Shown piece by piece: positions 1-11,397 of a stretch of DNA of 64,000 bases (positions within the stretch are counted from its first letter, which is position 1; each line of letters opens with the position of its first letter). Origin of the DNA: Setoptus koraiensis (lineage: Eukaryota > Animalia > Arthropoda); the NCBI GenBank assembly GCA_048013815.1, contig CM106585.1, positions 13,578,001-13,642,000 on the forward strand, written 5' to 3'. The position numbers and the translations under genes were made by a program. Below the pieces are notes generated by a model. That model saw only the letters and a list, made by a program, of their open reading frames with translations. It ran no database searches and had not been told where the DNA came from.

Positions 1-761
1 TTCGTCTTTTGTCATTATATGAACATTACGTAGTCCGTAGCTAACGTTCTGTTGGAATGAAATGTTGGCATGTAAAAAAGCGATTTCAGAGATACCAGTT
101 AGTTTCGGTTTAATTACGAGCATAGAAGAAGAAAATGAAGAAGATGGAAAAAATAAATTACCTTGTTAAATGTTTGCGTACAGACAAATTTGAATAGGTC
201 CCATTTGTGTTTTCGTGTTTGTTCGTGTAGTAAGTCGTAGTCAAAACAGCGTTCTTTCAATCTGAAACTTTCAAACTTATTTGGCGACGACTGGAGGGGT
301 GTCATAAGTGAAGATCGGGACAATATTAGCCGAAACTTGCGCTTTTCATTGGGCTCGACAAATTCTTGCGTTCGCGACACATAGACCTCAACAAACGCCG
401 CACCATCGCTAGTGATCTTAAAGCCCTGAACGAAGACTTCGTCCTTTGTCTTTATGGTTATAGAGGCCTTGTCCACCCAAGAGTCGGTTCTCCAGGACCC
501 GGAGCAGTCTATGAGGCTCTTGGCGGGATATCCTACATGCTGAACGATGGAATGTCAATGTCAACAGTTGAATGTGATGTCAGTAATAGTTCAATGAAAT
601 GATTGTGCAGGCCACAAAAAATATAGTGCTTTACTTACGTCTTGACTGTTGCAATCGACAACTTGTTCCAATTCTGCTACATCGTCCGAGTCGTTGGCTT
701 CCGAACGTCGACTGTCGTCTTGCGAGCTATGGGCATTTGATGTTGATGAGACCCCATCCAT
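1..761 (-). CDS. XRCC1: DNA repair protein XRCC1, N-terminal domain (5' part only; runs off left edge)
   Basis: Manual splice model: exons 761-639, 539-162, 48-<1; GT-AG introns 638-540 and 161-49. Translation VVDCNSQD|HVGYPAKSLID...SDGAAFVEVYVS...SSLMTP...KWDLFKFVCTQTFNK|NVSYGL matches XRCC1-NTD motifs (SCSSQD, DGSAFVEVLV, SSFMSP, WDRVKIVCSQP). Confidence 0.85.
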
Positions 762-1500
762 TGTTTGTAGCTGTGGCCGACACGTTGAAGATGCCCAACT
801 CCAATGGACCCTGATTTACTAGAGACTATTTGATGTGATATTATCCGATATTACTGTACACAGAGGAGAATAATAATAATAATAGGGGAAATTTTCATCA
901 GCATTTTACACTCATCTACAGTATTTATTCGTACAGTATTATATTCGTGTGCACAGTCGTTTGCTCAAAACACACAATCAGCTGCCCCTTTGCGAACGCT
1001 TTTTTGCGCTCGACTGTGCGCACAAACACACGCATGGCCGCCATTTGCTGGCGCGTGCATAGTTGTGGGCAACTATGGTTCAAGCTGCATTGTGTCTAGT
1101 TGGCCGATTAAAAACTTGTTGGTTCGCTAATCGAACTAACGTATCATGCCCATACTGGCGCGATGACCCTGTAACCGGATCGAACTTTCGCACATTGGTG
1201 TATTCTATTATAGAATTTCTATAGGTGACCTTATGCGCAAAGTTAGAACATTATACCGAATAACCGATGAGCACCAAGTCGCCCGTTTAGAACCGAATGG
1301 ATCACATAATATCCCCTGTGGCCGCTTTTGCAGGGCATTTCTCGGAAAGATCGAGCAATGATTGTGACTGCACTGCGAATTCTTGGAGCGCTCCTCACTT
1401 AAGCAATCGAACGCGCGCTCGGATGATAGTCAAAGGCAAAGTATTTATTTCTGTGACAGTATATACATACATAAATTGGATAACATAATTAATAATTGTT

Positions 1501-4500
1501 TTATTCATTGGGATCACTAGAATCTATATCCAATCGCGACTCGGCTCCCTCAGATAATGATGTCTCATTGCGGGCGGCAGAAGTTGCTGTCGACGGCATG
1601 CCACTCGATTCGGTGGAACTAACAAATTCGGTTCCGTTTGCCAACGGATTCGGGCCCTCAATGATAGCCGAGCGAAACTCTTGAGATGAATCCACTTTTG
1701 GTGTGGTGTCACTGAATGAAGAATTTACACTCGCACCAGGACTACGCTCACTTATAAGAGAATTGGACCCCAGGATACCAGGAAGAGGACCATATAGATC
1801 TTCGTCTATTGAGATGATATTCTCGATCCACATTCTGTAGTGGGCTAAATTCACGTAGACACCAGGCACTCCGGCCTGTCCACAGCCTATTCCCCATGAA
1901 ACTAATCCGACAGCTTTGATGAGCCCATCTTGGACGCAATATAAACCGGAGCCACCGTCGCCCTCACAGGCATCTTTGCCTCCCTCGCCGCCAGCACATA
2001 TGAAGCCTGAATGCAATCGATAATGCTGACCCAATCTGGTCTGTCTCAAAGCCTGCTCACAATCTCTGTGACTAGTTATGGGCAAATCGACCTCTTTTAG
2101 AACACTCTGGAAGGACCCTTTCTGACCAAAGGTATCCTTGCCCCAACCTGTTACCCAACACCGTAGGCCTGTAAATACCTCGTCGCTGTTTGGTAGACAT
2201 GCTGGACCAATATGCGGTAGGCTTGCATCGACCATGGATTCCATTCGCAGAAGAGCTATATCATTGACAAGATTGCCAGCTACAAACTCTGGATGTATAA
2301 CAATATCACGAATGTTTTTCTCTACAAAGGGATAAAATTCGTCATCTCTATGAACATCCCATTCGCCCAGGCGCACTTTGAGATCCATATTAGTATATTT
2401 CTTAATGCAATGTGCTGCAGTGGCTATCCATCGCTGACTAATCAAAGTTCCAGCGCAAACATACAAGCTATCACTGCCCGCCAAGCGTTTAAGAATGGCC
2501 ACTTGGGAGGGATATTCACCAAAATCGGCCGAATTGGGCTCGTACTGTAAATTTTGCACTCGCCCAGTAATGCCTGCGGCATTTCTCACGCCACATCTAC
2601 CCTCTAACATTCTTTTTTGATTTAGTGGTGGGTTCGACGCTGATGATCTCGTCAGTACTGACGGCATAACTTGCTGATGAGCTAGCTGGACAACACCTTG
2701 ATTCGTTTCAATCATTTGATGTCGCAACGGGCCATTCATTTGATTGTTCTGTTTTTGGACGTTATCCAATCCGTTTGAATGTGTGTAAGCTTGCTGATAT
2801 TGCCCAGAGGGGTGTGGGTTAGACAGGTAGTGTGATTGTTGGAGCGTTGAGTCTGTACTCAACGTCGATGCATCATATGATTTGATTGGTTGGTATGACT
2901 GTAATTGGTTCGTAGCATGCACAGGCTGATTCATCTGATGGTTTAGAGGTGCCTGTATATAAGATTGACTAGGCTTGTAATTCAGATTTGTCTGCTGCTG
3001 AGTCGACATCTGAGGTACCTGTTGTTGTCTGGCGGGCTGCAATTGGTGCCTATGTGCAAAAGAATCCAAGCTGATTTGAGCGACAGCCATATTGTTGTTT
3101 GGTCTCTGCATAGCACTCTGTTGTTGCTGTTGATACTGTTGAAGCATTTGCATCGACAAAGAGGTAGGCAGTTGTTGTTGGACAGGTCTGGACAATTGCT
3201 GCTGGTATGGCACCAGTTGATTGTTTTGTATTGATTGAAGTTGGGCTAAACTGGCCACTCGTTGGTTATTTCCTGTATTTTGTACAGCAGACTTTACTTT
3301 ACAACAAGTTCGCAACACTCCGCAAGAATTCGCTTCATTCCTCAACTCTAGCATTCTACCGAGGATATCCTGGCTGTACTGAGAAAGACCACCCAGATTG
3401 GCCGAACTATTGGCGCCCTGAGATTGATAAGTTTCATTGAGGCTTTGCTGCTGATTGTCATCGAATTGTTTATCCATACTTCGCTCGTCAACAGGTACAT
3501 AACTGTCTTGAAGTAATTGATTTTGTTGTTGCTGTTGTTGTTGTTGCTGCTGTTGTAGGGGTATTGCCTGAGTGACCATTTGTTGTTGATTAGTAACCGT
3601 GGAGGGATATATGTCGTCATTATTTTGTTTGCCTTGTAAATATTGATTGTGTTGCATTGTTTGCTGATTCTGCTGTTGTTGTTGTGATTGAATCAACTGC
3701 TGTACTTGATCCTTTGTCAAGCTTGACTCACTCAAGTGCCCACTACGACACATATAGAATGGGACACACACACAACCACTGAAACTGTCAGAATTATCTG
3801 AGGGGTTTTGTGAATCAGCTTGGTTAGATTGCGAATTCGACGACAAGCCGGATAGAGAGCCGGTCGAAATAAGTGAGTTCAGCATGGACAGACCACTAGA
3901 GCCCGCCAGCTTCTTGTTCTGGGCTCTCTTGAATGGACTCAATAGAGAGGAGCCACTACCGCCACCATTGCTTAGATATTTGGCGTCAACTCCTTGCTGA
4001 TGCTGCAAATTGTTTGAATTGATTGTGGCTATCATTTGACTCTCGTCATAACTTTCTGAATATGGTCTGACGCCAATAGACGCGTGACCTGGCGAAGATT
4101 GACTATAGGGTAACGAAGACAACTGCTGACCATCTTCCTGATTGAGAGAGGTTTTTTTACTGATTGTGTCCGTAGGTAAATTGTCTTCTTTATCATCATT
4201 GCTCAAATCCTTTATAGTCACTATGGGAATGAAGCCTTGTATGGACAACTTTTTCCCTTGGCCCAACTCAATCGGTGAATCGTTTAATATTCTAGATTGT
4301 CTATCACCACTGATTCTTCTCTGTTTGTTTAGTTTGGCCTGGGCAAAATCTCCCACCAATTCATCCAAATCTAACATACGACCATTTCTGGGGCTTACAT
4401 CTCTTGCAGAGTTCGCCTGAGTTTTGCCTTTGGGGCTCGGTGGTTTCGTTGATCTATTTAGCGTCTGCAATAAGAAAGAATCTGGATCATAATAGAAGGT

Positions 4501-4725
4501 GGCATTGTCTCTTGCGCTCATAAGATTTCTATCTAGAGACTCTAGTTTGATGTTAGTAGTTTGTGTTTGATTGTCTGAGCCCAGTTGGTGCAAGTTATCC
4601 AATTTTTTTGGTTGGCCTTCATCTTTGTTAGTTGTTGTTTGTGTGCTGTCGTTGGTGACAATAGACAAAACTTGTGATAACGACGACGAGACTAGTAATA
4701 ATAACGGCCAGTGAAGAGAGAACAT
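1501..4725 (-). CDS. Secreted clip-domain serine protease homolog (non-catalytic, masquerade/PPAF-like), intronless, Q-rich
   Basis: 1074-aa ORF with signal peptide, clip cysteines CVCVPFYMC...CGVLRTCC, and a trypsin domain with TAAHC and NDIALL, but GDGGSG replaces GDSGG (catalytic Ser to Gly). Confidence 0.9.
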   Translation of the reverse strand: MFSLHWPLLLLVSSSLSQVLSIVTNDSTQTTTNKDEGQPKKLDNLHQLGSDNQTQTTNIKLESLDRNLMSARDNATFYYDPDSFLLQTLNRSTKPPSPKGKTQANSARDVSPRNGRMLDLDELVGDFAQAKLNKQRRISGDRQSRILNDSPIELGQGKKLSIQGFIPIVTIKDLSNDDKEDNLPTDTISKKTSLNQEDGQQLSSLPYSQSSPGHASIGVRPYSESYDESQMIATINSNNLQHQQGVDAKYLSNGGGSGSSLLSPFKRAQNKKLAGSSGLSMLNSLISTGSLSGLSSNSQSNQADSQNPSDNSDSFSGCVCVPFYMCRSGHLSESSLTKDQVQQLIQSQQQQQNQQTMQHNQYLQGKQNNDDIYPSTVTNQQQMVTQAIPLQQQQQQQQQQQNQLLQDSYVPVDERSMDKQFDDNQQQSLNETYQSQGANSSANLGGLSQYSQDILGRMLELRNEANSCGVLRTCCKVKSAVQNTGNNQRVASLAQLQSIQNNQLVPYQQQLSRPVQQQLPTSLSMQMLQQYQQQQQSAMQRPNNNMAVAQISLDSFAHRHQLQPARQQQVPQMSTQQQTNLNYKPSQSYIQAPLNHQMNQPVHATNQLQSYQPIKSYDASTLSTDSTLQQSHYLSNPHPSGQYQQAYTHSNGLDNVQKQNNQMNGPLRHQMIETNQGVVQLAHQQVMPSVLTRSSASNPPLNQKRMLEGRCGVRNAAGITGRVQNLQYEPNSADFGEYPSQVAILKRLAGSDSLYVCAGTLISQRWIATAAHCIKKYTNMDLKVRLGEWDVHRDDEFYPFVEKNIRDIVIHPEFVAGNLVNDIALLRMESMVDASLPHIGPACLPNSDEVFTGLRCWVTGWGKDTFGQKGSFQSVLKEVDLPITSHRDCEQALRQTRLGQHYRLHSGFICAGGEGGKDACEGDGGSGLYCVQDGLIKAVGLVSWGIGCGQAGVPGVYVNLAHYRMWIENIISIDEDLYGPLPGILGSNSLISERSPGASVNSSFSDTTPKVDSSQEFRSAIIEGPNPLANGTEFVSSTESSGMPSTATSAARNETSLSEGAESRLDIDSSDPNE

Positions 4726-5952
4726 TTTCTGTTTGTTTTATAATCTGAATGCGAGTCTCTGTTAAGAACTCTGTCATTTGTTACGATGATTCACAAGTTG
4801 TCTTGAATACGCGAATATTGTTCTTGACTGAAGTAGCGATAAGCAGTAACGGAAGTAAAAAGAATTTAAATGAACCAGTTGTTTGTATCACATGCTGAAA
4901 AAAAAAGAATAACTTTTGCTGAAAATAACCAAGTTGGTGTTATCTTGATTCTAAAACGAATGAACTTTATCAGAGCCATAAACACCTTCTTTTATTCAAC
5001 AGCAACATGATTCGCTGCAGGTGGAGCTTCAACAGTTTAGGACAAAAATCATGTGGGCTGCTGCCAAGACAATTTTCGCGATAACTAGCTTATTGTTCAG
5101 TTGTCTCTGTTGAAATGAATAAAGAGAATAAGAAAACTTTTTCATTCACTTTTAGTGGACACGATAACTCCAGATTGGTCTATGTCACTGACCAAGCCTA
5201 TTGACTTCGTAGCATCAAGCACATTTATAAACTTTTTGGATGCTTCGCTCGGACTTGTTTAAGATGAATGGATTAGCTCGGTTGTAGTTGTTCCATTAGT
5301 AAAGCTTCAAAGCTTGTAGTCAAAAAGGTACAAGTGTGTGGAGATAATATTGGTAATGAGAGGATTCTTCACACACTAGTGACTCCAAAAGAAGAAAAGA
5401 GGTCACCACATACAGAGGCTGGCAACCATTTAATGGTTTAAAAAAACGAATGATCATGATCGTCGTCTCTTCAAAGAACAAGGCAATCCCATGTACAACA
5501 ACGATGTAGAAGTTACTTTCATTGATAATGTGTGACCAATGATGAAAAAAAAGTCCAGTTTCCATTATGTCCAACTCCGTTTGATTTATTAACGGAGATA
5601 ATAAGCTTGAAGGAGCTATTATTAGCTCATCACTACTCTTGTACTACCTTGTTATGTCGGGACAGTAGTTGCTGTTCAACGAGAAACAACTACTGTCCAT
5701 AAATAATATATTTATTCTTTTATTAGCATTCTCATTAAAGTAGTCTGGTGAACAAAAGTTCATTTATTTATATGTTGAGCAGGCACTAGTCATATAAACT
5801 CTAAAGAACTTACTTGAAAGAGTTATATCAGAAATTGTTCCGATTTAGCAACATGGCGACATTGACCCTTTGTTCAATACAACAGGCTGCAGAACACTTC
5901 ATCATCATCATTGTTCAGAAAAAAGGGACTGAGTTAACTGTATGACCAATGT

Positions 5953-6690
5953 TCATGTTTCTTGTTTTAATGGTGGATTTAGAAAACGATTAGGATAGAA
6001 TGACAGTCCTTCAATACTTTCGTCTCGACACAGTAGTCCTGCCTTTTCGCATTCTGTCAACCTCTGGCGTGCCAACTGAACGGGAATGGACAATCGTAAT
6101 GCCATTTGAGGTGGTGTTACAGAGTTTAGTTGCGTGACAAAGCTCACTGTGCTCTGTTGGAATGTCTCTATATCAGAATCGAAATTTTGCAATACCATCA
6201 AACCGCTTGAGTATCTCACCAGTCTCAAACCAATGTCGGGCATATCGTTCAAATATCTACAAGCGTTTCTAACATCTTCAGGCGACAACAAATTGACACC
6301 TCTTGCTCTATTGAAGCAACAATACACGTCTGATAGTGTTATCTGATCTTTTTTGTGTTTTTCCATCACTGATCTGGCAATTGTTGCAATCTGTTTGGCC
6401 AAATCTCTGTAGTATTTGTCTGAGCTAGAATAATTGGACTTGGATATGTTCAAGTCAAACTCTTGATCAACTCCCAATTCCATCAAGTGTGATTTGAGTA
6501 ATACAGTCTCATCATTGGTCACCTGAGCTCCGTGTTCCTTCATTTTTTGTGCTAAATTCTTCGATAGAGTTGCCATCTGTTGTGCCATGGTCATAAGTTG
6601 TTTCATATCTTGGAAGGCCAACGATATACTTTTGTCGGTGTGTTCCTGCTTTGTTTTGATTTTCTCCTCAATCCTGCCTATGCCCGCCAT
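5953..6690 (-). CDS. VPS36: ESCRT-II subunit VPS36/EAP45, C-terminal (EAP30/winged-helix) part
   Basis: 245-aa ORF with GIGRIEEK..TDKSISLAFQDMKQLM, LSDVYCCFNRARGVNLLSPED and LCRDESIEGLSFYPN, all typical of VPS36; ATG in aacATGg context. Confidence 0.9.
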   Translation of the reverse strand: MAGIGRIEEKIKTKQEHTDKSISLAFQDMKQLMTMAQQMATLSKNLAQKMKEHGAQVTNDETVLLKSHLMELGVDQEFDLNISKSNYSSSDKYYRDLAKQIATIARSVMEKHKKDQITLSDVYCCFNRARGVNLLSPEDVRNACRYLNDMPDIGLRLVRYSSGLMVLQNFDSDIETFQQSTVSFVTQLNSVTPPQMALRLSIPVQLARQRLTECEKAGLLCRDESIEGLSFYPNRFLNPPLKQET

Positions 6691-7075
6691 GTTGTTGACT
6701 CGGTGTTTATCTCGATGCCGATGGACAAATTCAACTCAACTTGATTATGGATGATATTCTTTCTGACAAACGAAAAAGCCCCGCTGGCTGATAACAAGGT
6801 CCAATAAAATAATATCCGTTTATTCAGAATGTGATGGACCTCTAGCAGGTCGGATATAAACGGTGATCTAGCAAAAAACAGCTGATGGCAGTATGAACGC
6901 CCTCTCGTGGTATTTAACGAGATCTCGCACTTCAAGTGTAATGCACAAGTACTTTCTATTTAGACATGGATATTCAGTATATTTTAGTGTAGTATATGTT
7001 GAGGACGAAGGATGTTGTCATATTGAATGTTCATTATTACTTAATATATTTCTATCAGCAAGTATTTTCCATGTT
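6691..7075 (-). pseudogene. Probable decayed GLUE-domain coding relic, in frame with VPS36
   Basis: Same frame as the VPS36 ATG reads LCITLEVRDLVKYHERAFILPSAVFC*ITVYIRPA, resembling the recalled VPS36 GLUE segment (CMAILLSQIVFIEEQA...KSAKIVVHLHPA). In-frame stops at 7020, 6870, 6822, 6747, 6738. Confidence 0.5.
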
Positions 7076-7294
7076 AATAAATTAGATCGCTATTATAACC
7101 AATATACATACAAAATAAATATTCTTCAACTACCGGAATGAAAGCAGCCAAGTTGAAGTTGCCGCAGCAATGATAATGGGGAACCAACTTGGCAAAAAAC
7201 CCATATAGCAATTGCAACAAAACCAAAAATAATTAAGGCCACGTACATCCATAATAGACAACACATTTATTGAATTACACATTACAGCATAAAT

Positions 7295-8432
7295 ATGTCG
7301 GCCGATCCGAAATCAATGGCAGCCCTGGCCATCGTAACAACAACAAAAGACCCATCCATAGACTCTTGGCACAACTTCGTGGCCGGATTATCCGCGGCCG
7401 TCATAAATACATCTGTCTTGTTTCCAGTGAACAAGCTAATCTTTCGACAGATGTCGGGCGGATTGAGACCTCACTTTGCCATATCGCAGTTGTGTGATGA
7501 AGGTACGTCGCGTGAAACATTGGCATATTGCTACAACTGAACAATATCTGCCACAATTTCATCTTCTTACTTGCCTTTTTTACTATGATTATAATCATGA
7601 TTCACTCATCTCTATTATCGCAATCATTCCGAAAATAGGTTTTAAATATCTTTACAGAGGAATTCTACCGCCTCTGATACAAAAAACGGTATCGGTTTCA
7701 ATCATGTTTAGTTCATTCAAGTATTACAAAAATTTAGCAGATACTAAACTAGACTCCTGTCCTTATGTTGTCAATCTCACCATCGCGGCCTGTTTAACTG
7801 GTAAGTAGAGCAACAGCAGACTCGAAATACACATCCTTGATACTATGCTCCATCTACTACTAATACACGAGAGTTTATCTACTTAACATTAATTATCAGG
7901 CACAACGGAGGCGATATTCACTCCATTAGAGCGAGTTCAAATGTTGTTGCAAGTTAGAAGATTTCACAAGCAATACCACAATACATTTGATGCACTGGTC
8001 AAACTTAGAGTATTTGGAATTAAGGAATACTACAGAGGTTTAACTTGTGTTCTGATGAGAAACGGCCCATCTAATATTCTCTTTTTTGGCCTCAAAGACG
8101 AAGTCAAAACTATGTTGCCACATATACCTGCCAACCAAAAAACCTTTTTTACAAATACACTGTACGACTTTCTTTCCGGAGCAACATTAGGAATGTTTAT
8201 ATCAACCTTATTCTACCCATTAAGTGTAGTTAGGACTAAAATGCAAACAAGAGCTCCCGGTGCCAAATATTTATCAATGATTCAGGCTTTCAATTCAGTC
8301 TACAATGAGAGAGAAAGAAAATTTAGTAGACTCTTTCATGGATGTACCATTAATGTTATAAGACAATTTGCATCATGGGGTATAATCAATTGCGCTTATG
8401 AGTTCTTTCTACAGAAATTGTCATCATACTAA
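7295..8432 (+). CDS. SLC25A51: Mitochondrial carrier SLC25A51/MCART1 (NAD+ transporter family)
   Basis: Exons 7295-7502, 7639-7800, 7900-8432 (GT-AG introns, both phase 1). Motifs FPVNKLIFRQ, YRGILPPLIQKT, GTTEAIFTPLERVQ and EYYRGL..RNGPSNILFF are characteristic of SLC25A51. Confidence 0.92.
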
Positions 8433-8709
8433 TCACACCAACTACTACTACTATGCTTCATGATGACAAATCTATCTTTATCGGTAAAAAATTGTTGTTA
8501 TCTATGTATGTAAATTAATGCTCAGCAAATGAATGTTGTGTCTATTGTGATAAGTATATTATAAATTTTTTTATTACGAGATCATTGGCAAGCAAGTGTA
8601 TGGTGACTGCTGAGCTCACATAATCAAGATTATTTAGTGCAATAATTCAATCGTCATGTAATAAAGAATCCGTTGTTAGAAATGAATCCTAGAAATAACG
8701 ATGATCAAA

Positions 8710-11397
8710 TTAGAAAAACCATTCGGCTGTGATTAAGTTGTCCTTGCTTAGATCGCTGTCTACCCTGAATTGTAATTCGCCCTCTGAATAATTGAAATCA
8801 ACCCTCTTCTGGCCAACAAGTACATATTTAACCGGATCATCGATACCTAAGACTCTCACTTTGCCTATGGGCGTGCTCATATCAATGTCATGACGATCCT
8901 TAATCATGTAGAGGGTGTTTTGTTTTGCAACAAAGTGAGCATGGTTGTATTTGCCATCGACATTGTCGCCTTGATCGAGATAAACCTCTCCGAATGCTCT
9001 ACCTTTACCACAAAGAGCCACCAATAGGCTCAAGGGTTGTTTGGCCGTCTCTTCTATTGTCATCTTTGGCTCGTCATAAACTGGCAACACGCTGCCACCT
9101 CTGTAAAATAACGGTATATCTGTCAATGAGACATTGTCGGTTTTATGCCAAATACCCTCTTCCAAGTGAATTTTTTTCGGTTTGTCATCGAGAGCAACGT
9201 TAGTCTCGTACCAGCGTCCAGCTGGTAAGTAAGTCGACTTCGAGTAGGTGTTCTCATCTACAATGGGAGAAATCATCAGCGATTGACCCCACAAGAATTG
9301 ATCCTCTACTTTGAGCGCCTCCGAATCGGGGAAGAATTCAAAAGGAACGCCTCTGATTATAGGCTCTCCGAAGATGTGTGCTCTATGGATTAGACTGTAC
9401 AGGAATGGCAAAAGCGAGTATTTCTTCAGTAAAGAACCCTTGGCCGCTTCAACAACAACAGGTCCCATGGCAACAGGATCTTGATCAATCGATACGTCGT
9501 CGTTATGATTTCTGGTAAACGTGTAAAACGAACCAAGTGTATGCCATCTGGCGCACAATTCCACATTTGTGTTGCCTGTAAAACCGCAAATATCTGCCCC
9601 CATCATGGAAAATCCATACATACTGTGCTCAATGATAGAGGGTATGGTCCACTTCAGGTAGCTCCATTGAGATGGCAAATCGCCATTCCAGTGGCCACCA
9701 TAATGACCTTGTCCTGGCGATGTCGATCTAGATATTATGAAGGGCCGTGTGTTTGGTCTAGCCTCTTGGAGAGCCTTGAATGTTGCAATGGCCTCGTAGA
9801 ATGAATATAAATTGTGTAGATCGTATTCGAGGCCCTCTTTGTGTAAGGCAGACAAACAGAGTGTCTTTGTTATCAGTGGATAAAATCCGGGCTCGTACGG
9901 TGGCCGATCTATTGAGGTTGCGTTTGCTGGGCAGCCATTCTTTGATCCGTCAACAAAACTCGAGATATCGTTCATGTCTAGCCAAGCACCGTCGAACGGA
10001 ACAACGTTGTGAAATTCCTTGAACAATTTGACCCAATATTCGACGCTCTTTGGATTGCTAAAATCGGGAAACACTGTCATCTTGGAGTCGTTCCATACTT
10101 CGCCCACTAACACATCGCCGTCAGAATTCTTGATGAATATATCCATGTCTATACCCAACGAGTAAGGCTCATAGTTTTCTTCTTTGCTGAGACCTGGATC
10201 AAACAAAATGATATACTTCATACCGCTGGCATGCAATTTTTCTACGAATTCTGGAAGTCCTGCATAATTAACTTGATCATAAGTGAAATCGTTGTGCCTA
10301 TCCATGTAATCAATGTCGTTCCATTGGACATCGAACGGAATACCAGCCTCTCTTGTTCGTGACCACACTAGTTCTGTCTTATTCAAAGAATTGTAACCAT
10401 AACGACATAAATGGAAGCCAAGCGACCATCTTGGCGGCAAATCGGGAAGACCAACCATGTTCTGGTATCCAGTCACGACATCGTTAGGCGTGGGCCCGCC
10501 GAAAATAATAAAATCTAATATGCCACCGACCGGCCTGAATGTGATGGATTGATCTGGTTGAATGATGATATCCATGGGATCGCTGTTTCTCAAATATACA
10601 CCATGTGCGTTTTTCATGTCCGAGTCCAAGTTGATGTAAAACGGGAACACACCATAAGATCTGCTTCCGCCTTGTGTGGGTTTGTTGTCGGTGGTAAAGA
10701 AGCTGTAGGGTCTCCAACGGTCAGACTTTTTCAAGAAAGTGTCAAAATGTTCACCGAGACCATAAACGAATGGCGAGTTTAATTTAGAATTTAGCTGAAT
10801 GAATTGATTGGCAAAAATTAATTTTCGCAAATCTGTGTCAAAGACAACTGCGCCAGTGGATTTTCTTGTGACAACCAAATGACCGTTGCTTGTCACTTCA
10901 TGACTGAATGTCTTCTCTGAGCCCTCTTTTGTCATCTCCTTTGGTAGATTGAGTTTTGGCAGCGCAGGCTCGTATCGGGAATTGCTTTCGTCGAATATTC
11001 TGATTCGCAAATCGTTTGCGCCTACCTCTTCGATCGAGACAGATAAGAGCTGAACGTCGTCGGGCAAACCCGAGGGTCTATATCGTCTCAATTGATAGAA
11101 TCCATCTGATCCGCTGACAACTTCATATCCTGTGTAGGATTCGGGGAAGAAACACCATGGTGTTTGAATAGAAACTCCTTCTCTTGCAACCTCCTCTCCT
11201 TGCACTGGCGACCACGAACACCCTCTCGCTAAACATTTCTCTTCAGTGGCCCCTGGCTCGGGTAAACAATCCAATCTAGATTGCTGTTGTTGTTGTGGTT
11301 GTTCTACAGAGTTAGTCTGGACTGGAATGGCAGTGGTTAAAGCCAACAGCAAAGCTGCGCTAAAAAATATACATCTGACACTATGTTTAGTTGTCAT
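8710..11397 (-). CDS. GAA: Lysosomal acid alpha-glucosidase-like GH31 enzyme with trefoil domain, intronless
   Basis: 895-aa ORF: signal peptide, trefoil (DC...CLARGCSW...PWCFFP), WNDIDYM, nucleophile motif WLDMND, acid/base HWNGD, GADICGF, FTRNHN. Confidence 0.92.
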   Translation of the reverse strand: MTTKHSVRCIFFSAALLLALTTAIPVQTNSVEQPQQQQQSRLDCLPEPGATEEKCLARGCSWSPVQGEEVAREGVSIQTPWCFFPESYTGYEVVSGSDGFYQLRRYRPSGLPDDVQLLSVSIEEVGANDLRIRIFDESNSRYEPALPKLNLPKEMTKEGSEKTFSHEVTSNGHLVVTRKSTGAVVFDTDLRKLIFANQFIQLNSKLNSPFVYGLGEHFDTFLKKSDRWRPYSFFTTDNKPTQGGSRSYGVFPFYINLDSDMKNAHGVYLRNSDPMDIIIQPDQSITFRPVGGILDFIIFGGPTPNDVVTGYQNMVGLPDLPPRWSLGFHLCRYGYNSLNKTELVWSRTREAGIPFDVQWNDIDYMDRHNDFTYDQVNYAGLPEFVEKLHASGMKYIILFDPGLSKEENYEPYSLGIDMDIFIKNSDGDVLVGEVWNDSKMTVFPDFSNPKSVEYWVKLFKEFHNVVPFDGAWLDMNDISSFVDGSKNGCPANATSIDRPPYEPGFYPLITKTLCLSALHKEGLEYDLHNLYSFYEAIATFKALQEARPNTRPFIISRSTSPGQGHYGGHWNGDLPSQWSYLKWTIPSIIEHSMYGFSMMGADICGFTGNTNVELCARWHTLGSFYTFTRNHNDDVSIDQDPVAMGPVVVEAAKGSLLKKYSLLPFLYSLIHRAHIFGEPIIRGVPFEFFPDSEALKVEDQFLWGQSLMISPIVDENTYSKSTYLPAGRWYETNVALDDKPKKIHLEEGIWHKTDNVSLTDIPLFYRGGSVLPVYDEPKMTIEETAKQPLSLLVALCGKGRAFGEVYLDQGDNVDGKYNHAHFVAKQNTLYMIKDRHDIDMSTPIGKVRVLGIDDPVKYVLVGQKRVDFNYSEGELQFRVDSDLSKDNLITAEWFF

